A stretch of 28,800 nucleotides of DNA, from NCBI GenBank assembly GCA_020536535.1, contig JAHLWZ010000516.1, positions 1-28,800 of the forward strand, in the 5' to 3' direction. Shown piece after piece: positions 17,753 through 28,416 of the stretch (the stretch's first letter is position 1; every line of letters starts with the position of its first letter). The position numbers and the translations under genes are program-made. The notes under the pieces are model-generated. The model searched no databases. It had not been told where the DNA came from and was given only the letters and a program-made list of their open reading frames with translations. The DNA is from Pelomyxa schiedti. Lineage: Eukaryota > Protista > Evosea.

Positions 17753-20596
17753 TTATGTAAGTGACACGGTTTGGAAGAGTGAGGTGTTTACCCGAATTTG
17801 TTGTCCAGTGGCTCCTGCTTTAGTACCAATCAATTGGTAAACGTGAGTTACTGTGGTTTTGTAGCCTCGTAGTATTACAGTGTCAACCCAGGCGCACACG
17901 AACTGGTCTTTGACAGTTCTAGTTGTGTCAGTGTACTACAAGAATAACAACGAAATACCGGTAAGTTTCTCCTGAAATGAGAGGTGTTAGGCTGTTAACT
18001 TTGCCAAGTTGCTCCAACCGAGAGGCAATATTTGCAGTATTTCCACACACTGTTCATAAAAAGTTACACAGGAGGGTAAGAGTAAAAAAAATCGACCTGT
18101 ATAATTTATTCTGTCAGGGCAGCCGATATTGCCCACAAGTAGAACCCCTGTGTGAATTCCTACTCTTATTTCTATGCCGGGCATTCCTCTGCTTGCCCAA
18201 ATCTGATTCAAATGTTCCAGCTCCCGCATAAAATCTACTGCTGTTTTGCATGCCCAAAATTCCTGCTCCTCAATTTCTTCAGGAGCTCCCCAAATGGCCA
18301 TAATGCAATCACTTTTCACAATTAAGTTACATTTCGTTGTGTTCAAAGTAGAAAAAGTACCCAATGTACTTGTCAATGGTACCGTGGTTCTGATGAATGA
18401 TTACTGTGAAACCCTCCAGCCATTCATTTAGCAAAGCAACAACAGAATGACGGGGAAGCGACTCAGAAAGAGTTGTGAATCCCTTTTCAGAATTATGTTT
18501 TGTCCATGGGGTAAGGTATACCTTGATGTCACAAAACAGAACTGTCATACGTCGCTGCTCCATGCCAAGAAGACTTGAACCAATAGGTTTGTGCATTACA
18601 TCCAGAACCACCTTTCGTGGGATATACTTAGTCAAAGCAATTATTCCTATGTGGTAATGAAATTTTCAGAAATCCTGCTGGAAACCAACCAGATTTGAGT
18701 TGGGCAAATCTGGCATGTATTTCCCTCATCTCAGTCAACATAGGCGGACTTCGGGTGCCAGTAAAATCGAGATGTGTTATGGACCTCATATCTCTCTCGA
18801 GACTTTTCAGTGGCCTCGAAACACAAAGAGAGAATAGCAAGGCCAAACCTGCACACGATTAGGAACATATTGGTAAAATTGCGTACCTAGGCATGCAGCA
18901 CAAATTACACAACACAGAACGAGGGTCAATATGTCTGGTTGCATTTTTTCCCCTTGGTAAACAACCACAACACCCCAATTGATCCCACATTCCATTTGGA
19001 GGGGTGTGACTGCCATAACATGTGAGCCTGATATCCACGCCGTGTATTCATCTTCGACCCAAGAGATTGTGTGGGAATTGTAAAAGGAAACGGCGTCCTG
19101 TATTAGCCAGTGTTGTACATCAGATACAGGCAGGACTTGGTTATTCTCATCATATAGTTGTACGTCGGGGCTTTATTTCTAGTTAGAAGGCGTTTTCTAT
19201 GTCTTTCTTATTACCTACTGCAGCCAACAACTAAACCATCCTGGGTTATGATGAAGGCTATTGAGTTCTCAGGCAGTGGAATTGCTGTAAACATCACATT
19301 AATTGCTCCTACGATATAGTCCATGCCAGATACTGCAATCAGGTATCCAGTGTTATCGCGTACTGCTAGGCTGTGACTGATATAGGTTATTCCACTGATC
19401 GAAGAGGTGTACATGTCTGTCCAGCATTTTTGAGGGCCAGCTATTTCAGGAATGTTGGTGAGTGGACCACTTGGTCTTTATTACCTGGGTCACTAACAAT
19501 GGTGTACCATGGTTTTCCAGTGCCTCCATAGTTGTCTTTGCACCAGTTTGAAGAACCAGTCCATTGACCCTTGAGGTCTGAAAGAAATACTGTCAGGAAA
19601 TGGAATGATACTAGAAAAGAAGTACTGGTGGAGAGTTCACACTCGGTTCCATTGTTAAACCCCCTCCAGTAACCTGTCACATTATCCTATAATTGGTAAA
19701 TTTCACTTGAGACAGTGGTTGGCACACATATCGGATATGACCATATATTACACCAGGCTGGGTGAAAGTTATCCAAACAGCGCTGACTGGCCACCCATAA
19801 AAGTCTCCTACGTTTCCGTCAGATACAGAAGGGAGCTGGGAAGGTGATTACCATACAGACTATTGTTAAGAGTTACTTGGTCCGTTTGGGAAAGTACCTT
19901 TTTTTTTTTTACTTAGGTGAACGTGATGAAGAGAGGAGTGGAGGGAACACACCCCAGAAAGAACTTTTTGTTTATTGATAGCTACCACTGTCTCGGCGGT
20001 AGTAAGTTGCTGCTTCGCAGAAAGTCGAAGGCTTTGAGCATGTGAAAGTGCTCTGGCTGAAGTGATGGTGTCCGCCCAGCGATTTGTAGATACAAAGCTC
20101 TGGAGTAAAATAAAAGAAATCTGATTAGACCAAAGGGAACAGAAGCGGAAATAAAGGGAGGGAGGGAGAGAGAGATGAAAGGCACCATGGCCAAAGCTGT
20201 GATCGTTGGGAGAATGGCCGCGGTGGCGACCAAAAAAAACAAAACTACAACAAACGAGACGATCTTTTTGTGGAACCAATGGGCCGTCCTCTTGGGGAAA
20301 CTTTTTCGGCGGGACGGCCTGTCTGACGCCGAGAAGTCTACGTTTGAGTGGTCCATGTCGAGCACGAGCTCGGATTCACTCCACTGCACTTTCTGAATGT
20401 GCACGGGGGCAACTGTAAAGTCGCTGCCTCCCGTAACTGCGATCTTGCCCTCTGCTTCGTCGGCTACTTTGCCTGAACGCATGAGCACAAGCCCACCGGT
20501 GGTTTTTTTTTTTGTTCTTTTGCCGAACTTGTTGTTCGCTTTTTTCTGAGTTTTCTCCTTGGGAGGGAAAGATTGTTCGTGGCCTGTTGAAGACAT
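17753..20596 (-). CDS. Receptor-type class III adenylate/guanylate cyclase with an extracellular Cache-like sensor domain between two transmembrane segments (more than 10 exons)
   Basis: Exon 1 is 20186..20596 (MSSTGHEQSFPPKEK...basic cytoplasmic N-terminus, then TM1 IVSFVVVLFFLVATAAILPTITALAM, donor GTGCCT, pyrimidine-rich intron). Exon 2 is 19913..20099 (SFVSTNRWADTITSARALSHAQSL...). The exons within 19211-19680 encode a Cache-like fold: ...DNYGGTGKPWYTIVSDP | AGPQKCWTDMYTSSISGITYISHSLAVRDNTGYLIAVSGMDYIVGAINVMFTAIPLPENSIAFIITQDGLVVGCS. This matches the PWY...YT...G.lIaV.G.D...I motif pattern of dCache/sCache domains. TM2 is within 18807..19016 (MQPDILTLVLCCVICAACLG). The cyclase catalytic domain is split over exons in 17987-18635: TVLFCDIK|GFTTLSESLPRHSVVALLNEWLEGFTVIIHQNHGTIDKYIG|DCIMAIWGAPEE...IRVGIHTGVLLVGNIGCPDRINYTG|(V)CGNTANIASRLEQLGK.... 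The terminal exon runs about 17753-17907 (…DQFVCAWVDTVILRGYKTTVTHVYQLIG...*). The exact exon coordinates are unresolved. Confidence 0.75.
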
Positions 20597-20780
20597 AGAA
20601 TTTTTTAGGTAGTTAAGATCAACACGACGCACAACTCAACTCACGGTTGTGGACATTGTAGAAGTGACAATTCCCGGGGACCCTAAAATAGCCTGGACTC
20701 CGAAAAAATTGCTTTTTTTGGGCTTGGTAAAGTAAATGTGAACCAACTGCTGTTTGTTAAGATGAAAAAGTTTCTTTGGA

Positions 20781-22370
20781 CTAGAGTAGTGCCGCGAGAA
20801 TGTTCTTGATCTCAGCCTTGCCAATGTTTCCCTCTGTAGCTAGGTGTGCATCCTTAAGGGTCTCGACGATTGCCTCGAACTTGTCATCAGTTAGGCCGTA
20901 CTGTGAAAGCCTGGTGTGTACACCAAGGCTCTTGAAAAACTCCTCCACAAAGACAATAGCTTGTTCTGCAGCATCCGCTCCCTGTGTTTTGTTTTTCTTT
21001 AGGTGGAGAATAGAGGCCTTAAAGGTGCGTACGTGGTAGTTGAAAACGCGCTCTGCCATTTGAGTGTACTTGTTCCTCCTCAGAGACAGTTGGTGCTTCA
21101 TTACTACAAAGCAGTGAGAGATATCACAAGATTACACCGACTCACTAGCAGGAATTGTGAGAGCCAAAGTTTGCGCATGGTCCAAGCCGTACTGAGCAGT
21201 CATAACGTGCCCTTTACACAGCGTTAGGATACCAAACTACTCTTTGTTACATACCAATAGCATGTCCGGCCCAGCAAGGCTTGACACCGGAGGAAATGAG
21301 GCCATTGAGAGCGGAACTCGCGCACCACATAAAATCGGCTGCAGCAGCATAACTAATTCTGGTTTAATTTGTAGGATTTGTCGAGGAGTGCTTACTCCTG
21401 TCGTTGAGCCATAACAGTGGGTGCAACTTCAATTAAAGACTTTAGAATAGCCTCTGCCTGTCTGTCCTGAAGACGTCCCATTTGATAATGCCCCAAGTAC
21501 TGCTCAAGAACATGAACAAACGAGTCAATGAGCCCATTAGCAAGTTGCCTGCGGAGGTTGGAGAATCATTCAGCAGAGGAAAAACGCACCTTGGTGGAAT
21601 GGAGAAGGTAACTGTGGGGTCAAGAATACTGAAGACCGGGAAGCAAGACGGATGGGCAAATGGTATTTTGCGTTTAGTTGCGAGATGAGAGACAACTGAG
21701 CCTTCATTGTATTCGCTCCCTGCTGCTGGCAAAGTCAAAACAACACCAATGGGGCACTAAAAGGAAAGTGATTGAACGTCCTGGAATTACATTTCATACC
21801 TTCGCATGGGGTTCATACGCTTTCTCATTGGGGAACCCAAAGCCCCAGTGCACGGGAATGTCATACGGATCGTCCGAGGCGGTCCAATTCATGGCACAAG
21901 TGATGTACTTGCAAGCTGCAAAATGACCAGTAAGAAGATCAACAAACAGATAAGGCGTTACCATCAATAACACTCCCACCACCAACTGCAAGAAGGAAGT
22001 TAACGTTGTTCGTTTTCGCAAGAGCAACTGCCTTCATGCATGTCTAAAACAAATGTCAACCCCACTTTCTGTTTTTAATAATAACTTCATATTAAATGGG
22101 TACCTCGTGGGAGGGATTTGGCTCAATACCGCCAAATTCACAAACAGGTGTCACAGCAGCTGTAACCTAATGTTATTTAAAATGAGCAAGACCAACGAAA
22201 TGGGAAAAAAACTTCAGAGACACCTGAGCATAAATGCCATTTGCTTTAATGCTACCACCGCCATAGACCAACATCACACGCGAGTCTGTGGGCACCAAAG
22301 TGCTCAGTTTGGCAATCTGACCACGGCCAAACACGATCCTGGTGGGGCTGCATAGAACGAAGTTGTTCAT
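20781..22370 (-). CDS. YqhD-type iron-containing NADPH-dependent alcohol/aldehyde reductase (Fe-ADH family), nine exons, 406 aa
   Basis: The model is complement(join(20781..21103,21146..21211,21255..21358,21396..21548,21590..21756,21800..21915,21962..22043,22104..22166,22224..22370)), 1221 nt with all phases consistent. The N-terminus MNNFVLCSPTRIVFGRGQIAKLSTLVPTDSRVMLVYGGGSIKANGIYAQ is nearly identical in pattern to E. coli YqhD MNNFNLHTPTRILFGKGAIAGLREQIPHDARVLITYGGGSVKKTGVLDQV. Further collinear blocks: EFGGIEPNP; VNFLLAVGGGSVIDG; DPYDIPVHWG; VLTLPAAGSEYNEGSVVSHLATKRKIPFAHPSCFPVFSILDPTVTFSIPPRQLANGLIDSFVHVLEQY (YqhD VLTLPATGSESNAGAVISRKTTGDKQAFHSAHVQPVFAVLDPVYTYTLPPRQVANGVVDAFVHTVEQY); DFMWCASSALNGLISSGVKPCWAGHAIGHVMTAQYGLDHAQTLALTIPA; AERVFNY...FFKSLGVHTRLSQYGLTDDKFEAIVETL. 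Donors are GTGTCT, GTACCC, GTAACG, GTATGA, GTGCGT, GTAAGC, GTATGT and GTGAGT. Confidence 0.85.
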
Positions 22371-22820
22371 TTTTACTCAACACAAAGCGCGGGGATTTTT
22401 GGCTATCGGGGAGCTTGTTCAGGGTTTTTTTGTTTTTTTGTGCGCCACGGCACTTGTTTTCTGTGATTGATCGTTTGGGGATTTGAAGCTGGGGGGGGCC
22501 GGTAAAAATTCGTTGTGAGAAGTGTACACTTTGCAGTTGCGAAGTTCAACCCTCTCCCAATCAATAACTGCTAGAGAAGACTTCAGTCTCTCCGTCTGCA
22601 GCAAGCACATGTGCGTGAGCGTTGCTCAGAAGGGAGCTATTGAGAGTGGAACCACCTTCTCTGAGTGGAAGAAATATCAAGGAGCAGGGTGCACACTTCA
22701 AAATCTAGACGGCGACATCAAAGCTACGAGAAAAACTTTTGATCTCCCAGGCGTGCCAATCACTTTCACTTTTAATTTGACATCGCGCAGGCCTCACGCG
22801 ATCTTCTAGTTGTAAGGACT

Positions 22821-23156
22821 ATGGTGCTGTTCCGCCGTTTGATTGCTCTTTTGGGATCTTGTTTTCTAGTGGGCTGTACTGTACTACGAGGATCTGGCTG
22901 TTTGAACGAATTCACGCAGGAACTACTTTTTAATGCCCTCGTGCATTGCGCAACTGGTGTGCCGCAGAGCGTTGGTTATGGAGACGTGTTGAGGAGCGAG
23001 TGCGATAGCGACGTGCGGAAATTGAAGGTGTTAATGACAGTCGTTTCTGTGGAAGACAATACAGGCTCCCCTTTATCAATTGAACTACAAAAACTGGTCA
23101 CTGTAGGATCTGACGCCTTGGTTTGCGACTTGTGCATGCGCATCTTTATTCTTTGA
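22821..23156 (+). other. ORF with a signal-peptide-like N-terminus, which could be either the first exon(s) of the downstream permease gene or a separate small secreted protein
   Basis: The track ORF reads MVLFRRLIALLGSCFLVGCTVLRGSGCLNEFTQELL.... It has a hydrophobic start and no recognisable family. It is on the same strand as, and just upstream of, the permease exons, which lack an in-frame start in their first identified exon. Confidence 0.25.
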
Positions 23157-23313
23157 TTTTTCTGAGGCTGCAAACATAGTGGACTACAATTGATGACACT
23201 GTCGCGAGCTGTTCTGTATACGAGCATTCATTGTGTGAAGTCCATTACGATGCTGAACAATTAGAATTGGGGTACTCTACATTTCGTCGTGGATAGTATT
23301 AACATTTATTTAG

Positions 23314-25449
23314 AAAAAGTGAGCTTCGTCTTCGAGTTTATCCGTCTCTCTTGAATTCTAATTCGCAAGACCGAGTTTGTGTAAGCTTGACTGCTGTCCC
23401 TCTGGGAGCAATAGGAAGATATGAGGTAGGTTCTTCCATCTTATTCCTAACTACCCTCATCTTATTTAGGTTTATGTTGCTGCAGCTGTATTTATAGTTA
23501 TGTTCGTACTTGTATCTGTTGAGGTGTGCAACAGAACGTTGGTAGCATTATTTGGCGTTATGACTCTTTTTTGCTTTGTGTGGGCTTTTGAAGGTCAGAA
23601 GCGATCCTCTTTCTTCATTATTAATTTTCACAAAGAACTTCCAACGTTGGAGGAAATGTCCAGCTGGCTAGACTGGAACACTCTTGTTCTCCTCCTTTCT
23701 ATGATGATGCTTATAAGTGTGTTCTCACAAACCGGGGCATTTGAATATGTTGCATGGGCAACAGTTAGGATATGCGCACGTCAAACTTCCATTGCGCCAT
23801 GCAATTGTGGGAGTATTTTCTCTTCCCGCCACAAGTGGAGCATTTTAATTGCTATTGGCACTTTGACTGCTATCGCTTCTGCCTTCTTGGATAACTGTAC
23901 AACTGTATTACTATTTGGTCCTATTTCAGTGAGAATTGCAGGACTTTTACACTGTAGTCCAAAGCCTTTTCTTATGTACTAATCCTTCTGATTCCTTTAC
24001 GCTAATGCGGGTTAAAGATCACTAATATACTTCTGTACACTTGGTGGTGCTATGACCCTTGTGGGAGACCCCCCCAAGTAATAGCTTCTTTTTTTTTTTC
24101 CCCCAATACAATTTACCATCTTTGCAGTCTGATAATTGGAAGTAGCTTTAACCTTGGCTTCACTGAATTGTATTTTTTGTGGTCTTTTTTGTTTTTTCCT
24201 CATCATACCAACAGCTTACTTAATTGCATGCCCTGCATAGTCTTCATTTTTCCGTTTGCCTTTCTTTTGATGTACTTTCAATTCAAAGACTTGATCTCTC
24301 CAAAACCTCCAAAGTACAATCCAGTCGTCAATGTGTGTTATTATGTAGGGAAAAAGGTCTCACAATTATATTATTTAGTGGGAAGATGGCTCTCAATATG
24401 ACTCCGAACTGTCTTTGCTTCACCACACCCCCGACAATCTGCCCAGGTTTCTTTCGTTCATTGTAGTAATCTCATTTTTGAATGAAGTCCTTCTTCACCA
24501 TTAAATGACATCCAAAAACGACATTCGAATTGTACTTCCCCGAGTAAATCCGAAGAGACCTCTGTTCACTTTGACATTATTTTGGAGGGCTCTGCGAGTC
24601 CCACTACTACATGTAAGACTTTCCCTATATGCAACAAGTTAACCGTAATCAATCGGAAGCTTATATACGCGACAAAAGGAAATTGTGCATTTGCAGCATC
24701 GTCCTATGCCTGGTCTTGCTTGGATTCCTACTAGAACCACTAACTGGGCTGAGTCCTCCTTATGTCTCCCTTGCTGGAGCTGCTGTATGAGAGTATATGT
24801 TTCTATTTTTAACTCTTTACTAGGTAGTTCTGTTACTTTGCTCTCCAAAAGATATCACTGACATCCTCGAAAAAGTGGAGTGGCAGACACTATTATTCTT
24901 TTCCTTTTTGTTCATTTTCATCAACTTGACCACCAAACTTGATTTGTCATGGTTTCTTTCACTTGGAGCTGAGAAATTAATATCAGGTTGAAATTCTATC
25001 TCACATGAAGTAGCAAACTCCTTCCAGCCGTTCCTGTGAACGCTCAATTGCCGGTTGCAGTGATTTTCGTATGCTGGACGAGCGGCTTGATAGCTTGCTG
25101 GTGTAACAACATTGCTTATACTGTGGCAGTTATACCTTTGGTGTGCACAGGCTGTACTATGTTCTGAATAACCCAATGTTAGATATTTAATATTGGATAC
25201 AACCCTGAAATATCCTGCGCAGTAGAACCTCTCGCTTTCACCCTGGCACTTGGTGTTGCTCTGAGTGCCAATGGCACCATCATAGCAGCAGCACCAAACC
25301 TCATTCTTGTTGGACTTGCCAACAAATGCGGGCACAAGATTTCCTTCTTCGAGTTCCTCTGCTATGGTTTCCCGTTCCTCGTCATGACACTCGTTCTGTG
25401 CAGTTTTTACTGTTTATTTGTCTATAGCGCTCTTGGGGTATACAGTTGA
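23314..25449 (+). CDS. ArsB/NhaD-superfamily (P-protein/OCA2-like) anion permease, at least 10 exons, 5' end not resolved
   Basis: Exons are approximately 23314..23425 (…VSLTAVPLGAIGRYE, donor GTAGGT), 23470..23593 (VYVAAAVFIVMFVLVSVEVCNRTLVALFGVMTLFCFVWAFE), 23636..23975 (ELPTLEEMSSWLDWNTLVLLLSMMMLISVFSQTGAFEYVAWAT...KWSILIAIGTLTAIASAFLDNCTTVLLFGPISVRIAGLLHCSPKPFLM, with a possible internal intron 23764-23835), 24018..24077 (ISLIYFCTLGGAMTLVGDPPN), 24128..24344 (LIIGSSFNLGFTELYFLW...KPPKYNPVVNVCYY), 24379..24446, 24697..24784 (IVLCLVLLGFLLEPLTGLSPPYVSLAGAA), 24824..24986 (VVLLLCSPKDITDILEKVEWQTLLFFSFLFIFINL...), 25061..25153 (VIFVCWTSGLIACWCNNIAYTVAVIPLVCTG), and 25223..25449 (LEPLAFTLALGVALSANGTIIAAAPNLILVGLANKCGHKISFFEFLCYGFPFLVMTLVLCSFYCLFVYSALGVYS*). 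Hallmark ArsB/NhaD/CitMHS motifs are present: EV.NR.L, DWNT, FEY, SAFLDN.TTVLL, GDPPNLII, EKVEW.TLLFF, NGT.I.A.AN.. This gene converges on MVP. Its stop at 25447-25449 is 182 bp from the MVP stop. Confidence 0.8.
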
Positions 25450-25631
25450 GAAAACTGGATACCCACCTGGAGCTAAACCATACAATAAAAAAACCTACTT
25501 TTGTGTAAACGAGCCTTGGATTGGCATAAGAAAGAGAAGACGAATAAAAAGAACAACTAGAATCTTTTTGGAAAACCAAAACTCAAACAAAACACTTTTG
25601 TTGTGTAACCAAAAAACACCAGTCACGTGCC

Positions 25632-28416
25632 TTAGTTGCCAGAGGCAGCAGGAGCAGAGACCAACCCAGAGGCAGTGTTGAACAGGTTGATTGGGCTGTT
25701 GCCGTCGGTGATCATGAGGGACTTGAGGCCGAGGCCGCTGAGCAACTTGGCCTGCATCTCTGGCCCAGCCTGTGCGATTGCCCTGATTGTGTCTGGGCCA
25801 ATGGCAGTGACGACCTCTGCGAACTTGGTGGTCTCAATGTCGGCGAGGTCGCGGGTGCGCTTGACCTCCAGCTCGGTGAGCTTCTGCTTGTGGGCGAGCT
25901 CCATGCCCTGGCGCTTCTTGAGCTCGTCGAGCGCGGCCTTGGCCGTGATGGTGGCGCTGTTGGCGGACAGGTTGGCCTGCTTGACGGCGGCCTCGCCCTC
26001 GATGGTCGACGCGGCGGCGAGGGCGCGGGCCTCGGCGGTGGCCTGGCCGGTGCTCTCGACTGTGGCGCTCTGGGCCTGGAGCTCCAGCAGGGACTTGCGG
26101 GCCCTCTCGGCCTCGGCCTCGTCCGCGAGCTTCTGGCGCTCGAGGCGGCCGCGGGCCTCCTGGTCGAGGCGCTCGGCCTCCTGGCGGGCGGTGGCCTCCT
26201 GGGACTTGGTGGTGATCTCGATGGCGAGCTGGACGGACTTCTGGAGCGAGTCGCGCGTGCGCTGGTCGACGGGCTCGACCGACTGGATATCAATGTTGGT
26301 CACGACCAGGTTGTTGCTGCTGAACACGAGTCGGTCGTTGATCTCTCCGGTCTGCGCGTTGCGGCCAAAGACAGACTCCTGTATGATGTCGACAGAGTGC
26401 TTGTGGAAGGCATCGAATGAGGTGGAGGCGACGACTCCACGGACGCGGGCGCTCAGGGCCTTGCAGAGGTCACCAACTGGGAAAATGTGGTTAGGGAAAA
26501 GAGATAACCTAAAGAGGGGGATAAGGCCTACCAAAGTCTGGTGTGCTGAAGATTCGGCCTGCTGCCTCGTGGTCGCTCTGGTCAACCTCGAAGTGCCAGT
26601 TGTAGCTCAGCTTGAGGGCCAAACGGGCGTGGTCGGCAGTCTCGACGGTGATCTGGTCTGTCATGAAGTCCGGGCCAAGGAACAGAGAAATGGCGTGGAT
26701 TTGGTTGGATTGTTTGGGGACACCACCGCTCATGTTGAGTGTTGTGAAGTGCTCGTCAGGCTGGAGCAAGACAAGATCTGGACCAAAGACTACACGTGAT
26801 TTCTTCTTCTCATAGTCGTACACTTGTACAGCTGCACCGTGAGGTACACGGTAGCTGACAACGCGGGTTGGGTCGCGAGCCTTGGGAGCTGAGGCCTTGA
26901 TGTCATTCTTGTCTCGAGAGGCATCAACCAGAAGGAGCTTATCAACCTCAGAGGGGAGAATCTTTGACCAGAGTTCCTCATTGGGGGCAAGCATGTATGA
27001 AGACCCAATATGAGCGCGAATCTTACCAGTGGTAATATCACGGACATAAATACCCTCATTCTCATCAAGAGGAATAGCCCTCCTCTTCTCAACCACCTCT
27101 ACCTCAACTGGGGGGATGAAGTCACGAGGACCATAGAGCATCCACCTGTCTCCTGGGAGCTTCTTCTCAGATGGGAGAGCGGATCGAGCGCGGAGAAGAA
27201 GTGCCTCCTCCTGAGCAAGCACGTACACATCCTGGATTCCATTCTCAAGCCTCTCACCAGGGTAAAGGAAGAACGAGGCCTCGCCGCGTCTGAGTTCGCG
27301 TGCTCCGAAGCGGGGTCTGCCATCTTGTCCAATTGGATCAACAACAACGCAGAACTGTCGGTTGTTGAGGGTGGTGATCTTGACAATACCCTTGACTTGC
27401 TCGTAGACATCGGTGATGTAGGTCTCGGTGTCTTGCATGGTAACAAGCCACTCCTCACCAGCCTTGCGGACCTTGTTGAAGACATCGGAGAATGTGTTGT
27501 TGGCAACAAGGTGGAGAGCTGTTGTGGGGGTAAGAACCACAGCACTGACGGTTCCTACAATTTCCTCGTTGACGTCTGGGAGGTAGGCACCACTCTTGCG
27601 AACCAACCATTGCTCACCAGCGCATCTCTTCTGGCTAGTGCTGTCAGTGCAGTCGAGGCGGGCGCGGAGCTTAAGGGCCTCGTTCTCCTTGATGATAGTG
27701 CAGTTGACCTTCTCAACAACTGACTCCTCAATTCTGGGGGTATAAGTTGAAGGTCCCTTGAAGAGCCACTCGTCACCAGCAGTGTGGTGAGCGCCAGACT
27801 TCTCATCAAAATCACGAACGGCGCGGAGGCGAAGAGCCTGGTTAGCTTGAACAACAACCATGGGAGTTGGTTTCTCTGCACAATAAGTTAAGAACGAAAC
27901 AAGAAACAGGGAGAAAAAAAGCGAACAAGGAAAGTACCCTTAAGAGACTCCCCGGGGAAGAGAGGGAAAGGATCCTGGGCGAAACGGATTTCCTCATCTC
28001 CGTGTCTGATCTTGGGCATGCCAAACTGATCGAGGATGGGGGTCCCCTTCTTGTCCTTCTCAACTGGGTTGGCAATCATGCAGTAGTTGCGTGGGGGGAC
28101 AGTAATCATAGCCTCTGTTAAAATTCGGTCAACGTTAAACAGCTTTCCCACTAAATTCTTCCAAACAAATAATAAAGTATTCATCGCAAATACGACATCG
28201 AATGTAAATGCCCAAGGACGCTAGTAACGAAGGAGAAAAGGAAAAAAAAGAAAAAAACAAGCAGTAATTAAAAAACAGACCTGGTCCAAGAATGATGTTC
28301 TCATGATCTCTGCGGGTGAAGGTTCGTGGACCGACGACAACGGTGGTGACATTTGTGTTGTTGTCGAAGACGTGGATGTAGTGGTTGGGCTTGATTCGAA
28401 TGACTGACTCGGGCAT
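25632..28416 (-). CDS. MVP: Major vault protein, four exons, 833 aa, complete
   Basis: The model is complement(join(25632..26476,26532..27875,27938..28114,28281..28416)), 2502 nt with all phases consistent. The N-terminus [45 protein letters not shown]|[17 protein letters not shown]... parallels human MVP [61 protein letters not shown]. The long exon 3 carries the MVP repeats (…GEEWLV…[42 protein letters not shown]…[22 protein letters not shown]…[31 protein letters not shown]…[29 protein letters not shown]). Exon 4 carries the shoulder and cap helix (…[51 protein letters not shown]…[47 protein letters not shown]...*). Donors are GTCTGT, GTACTT and GTAGGC. Acceptors are aacag, gtgcag and cccag. 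Confidence 0.95.

Noticed and set aside
25712-26799. Multiple long ORFs in other frames or antisense within the MVP locus (25636..26799 +, 25712..26293 -, 25890..26420 +, 27010..27723 +)
   Set aside because: They overlap the strongly supported MVP exons in a GC-rich region. They translate to low-complexity Ala/Arg/Pro/Ser-rich sequence typical of off-frame GC-rich coding DNA.
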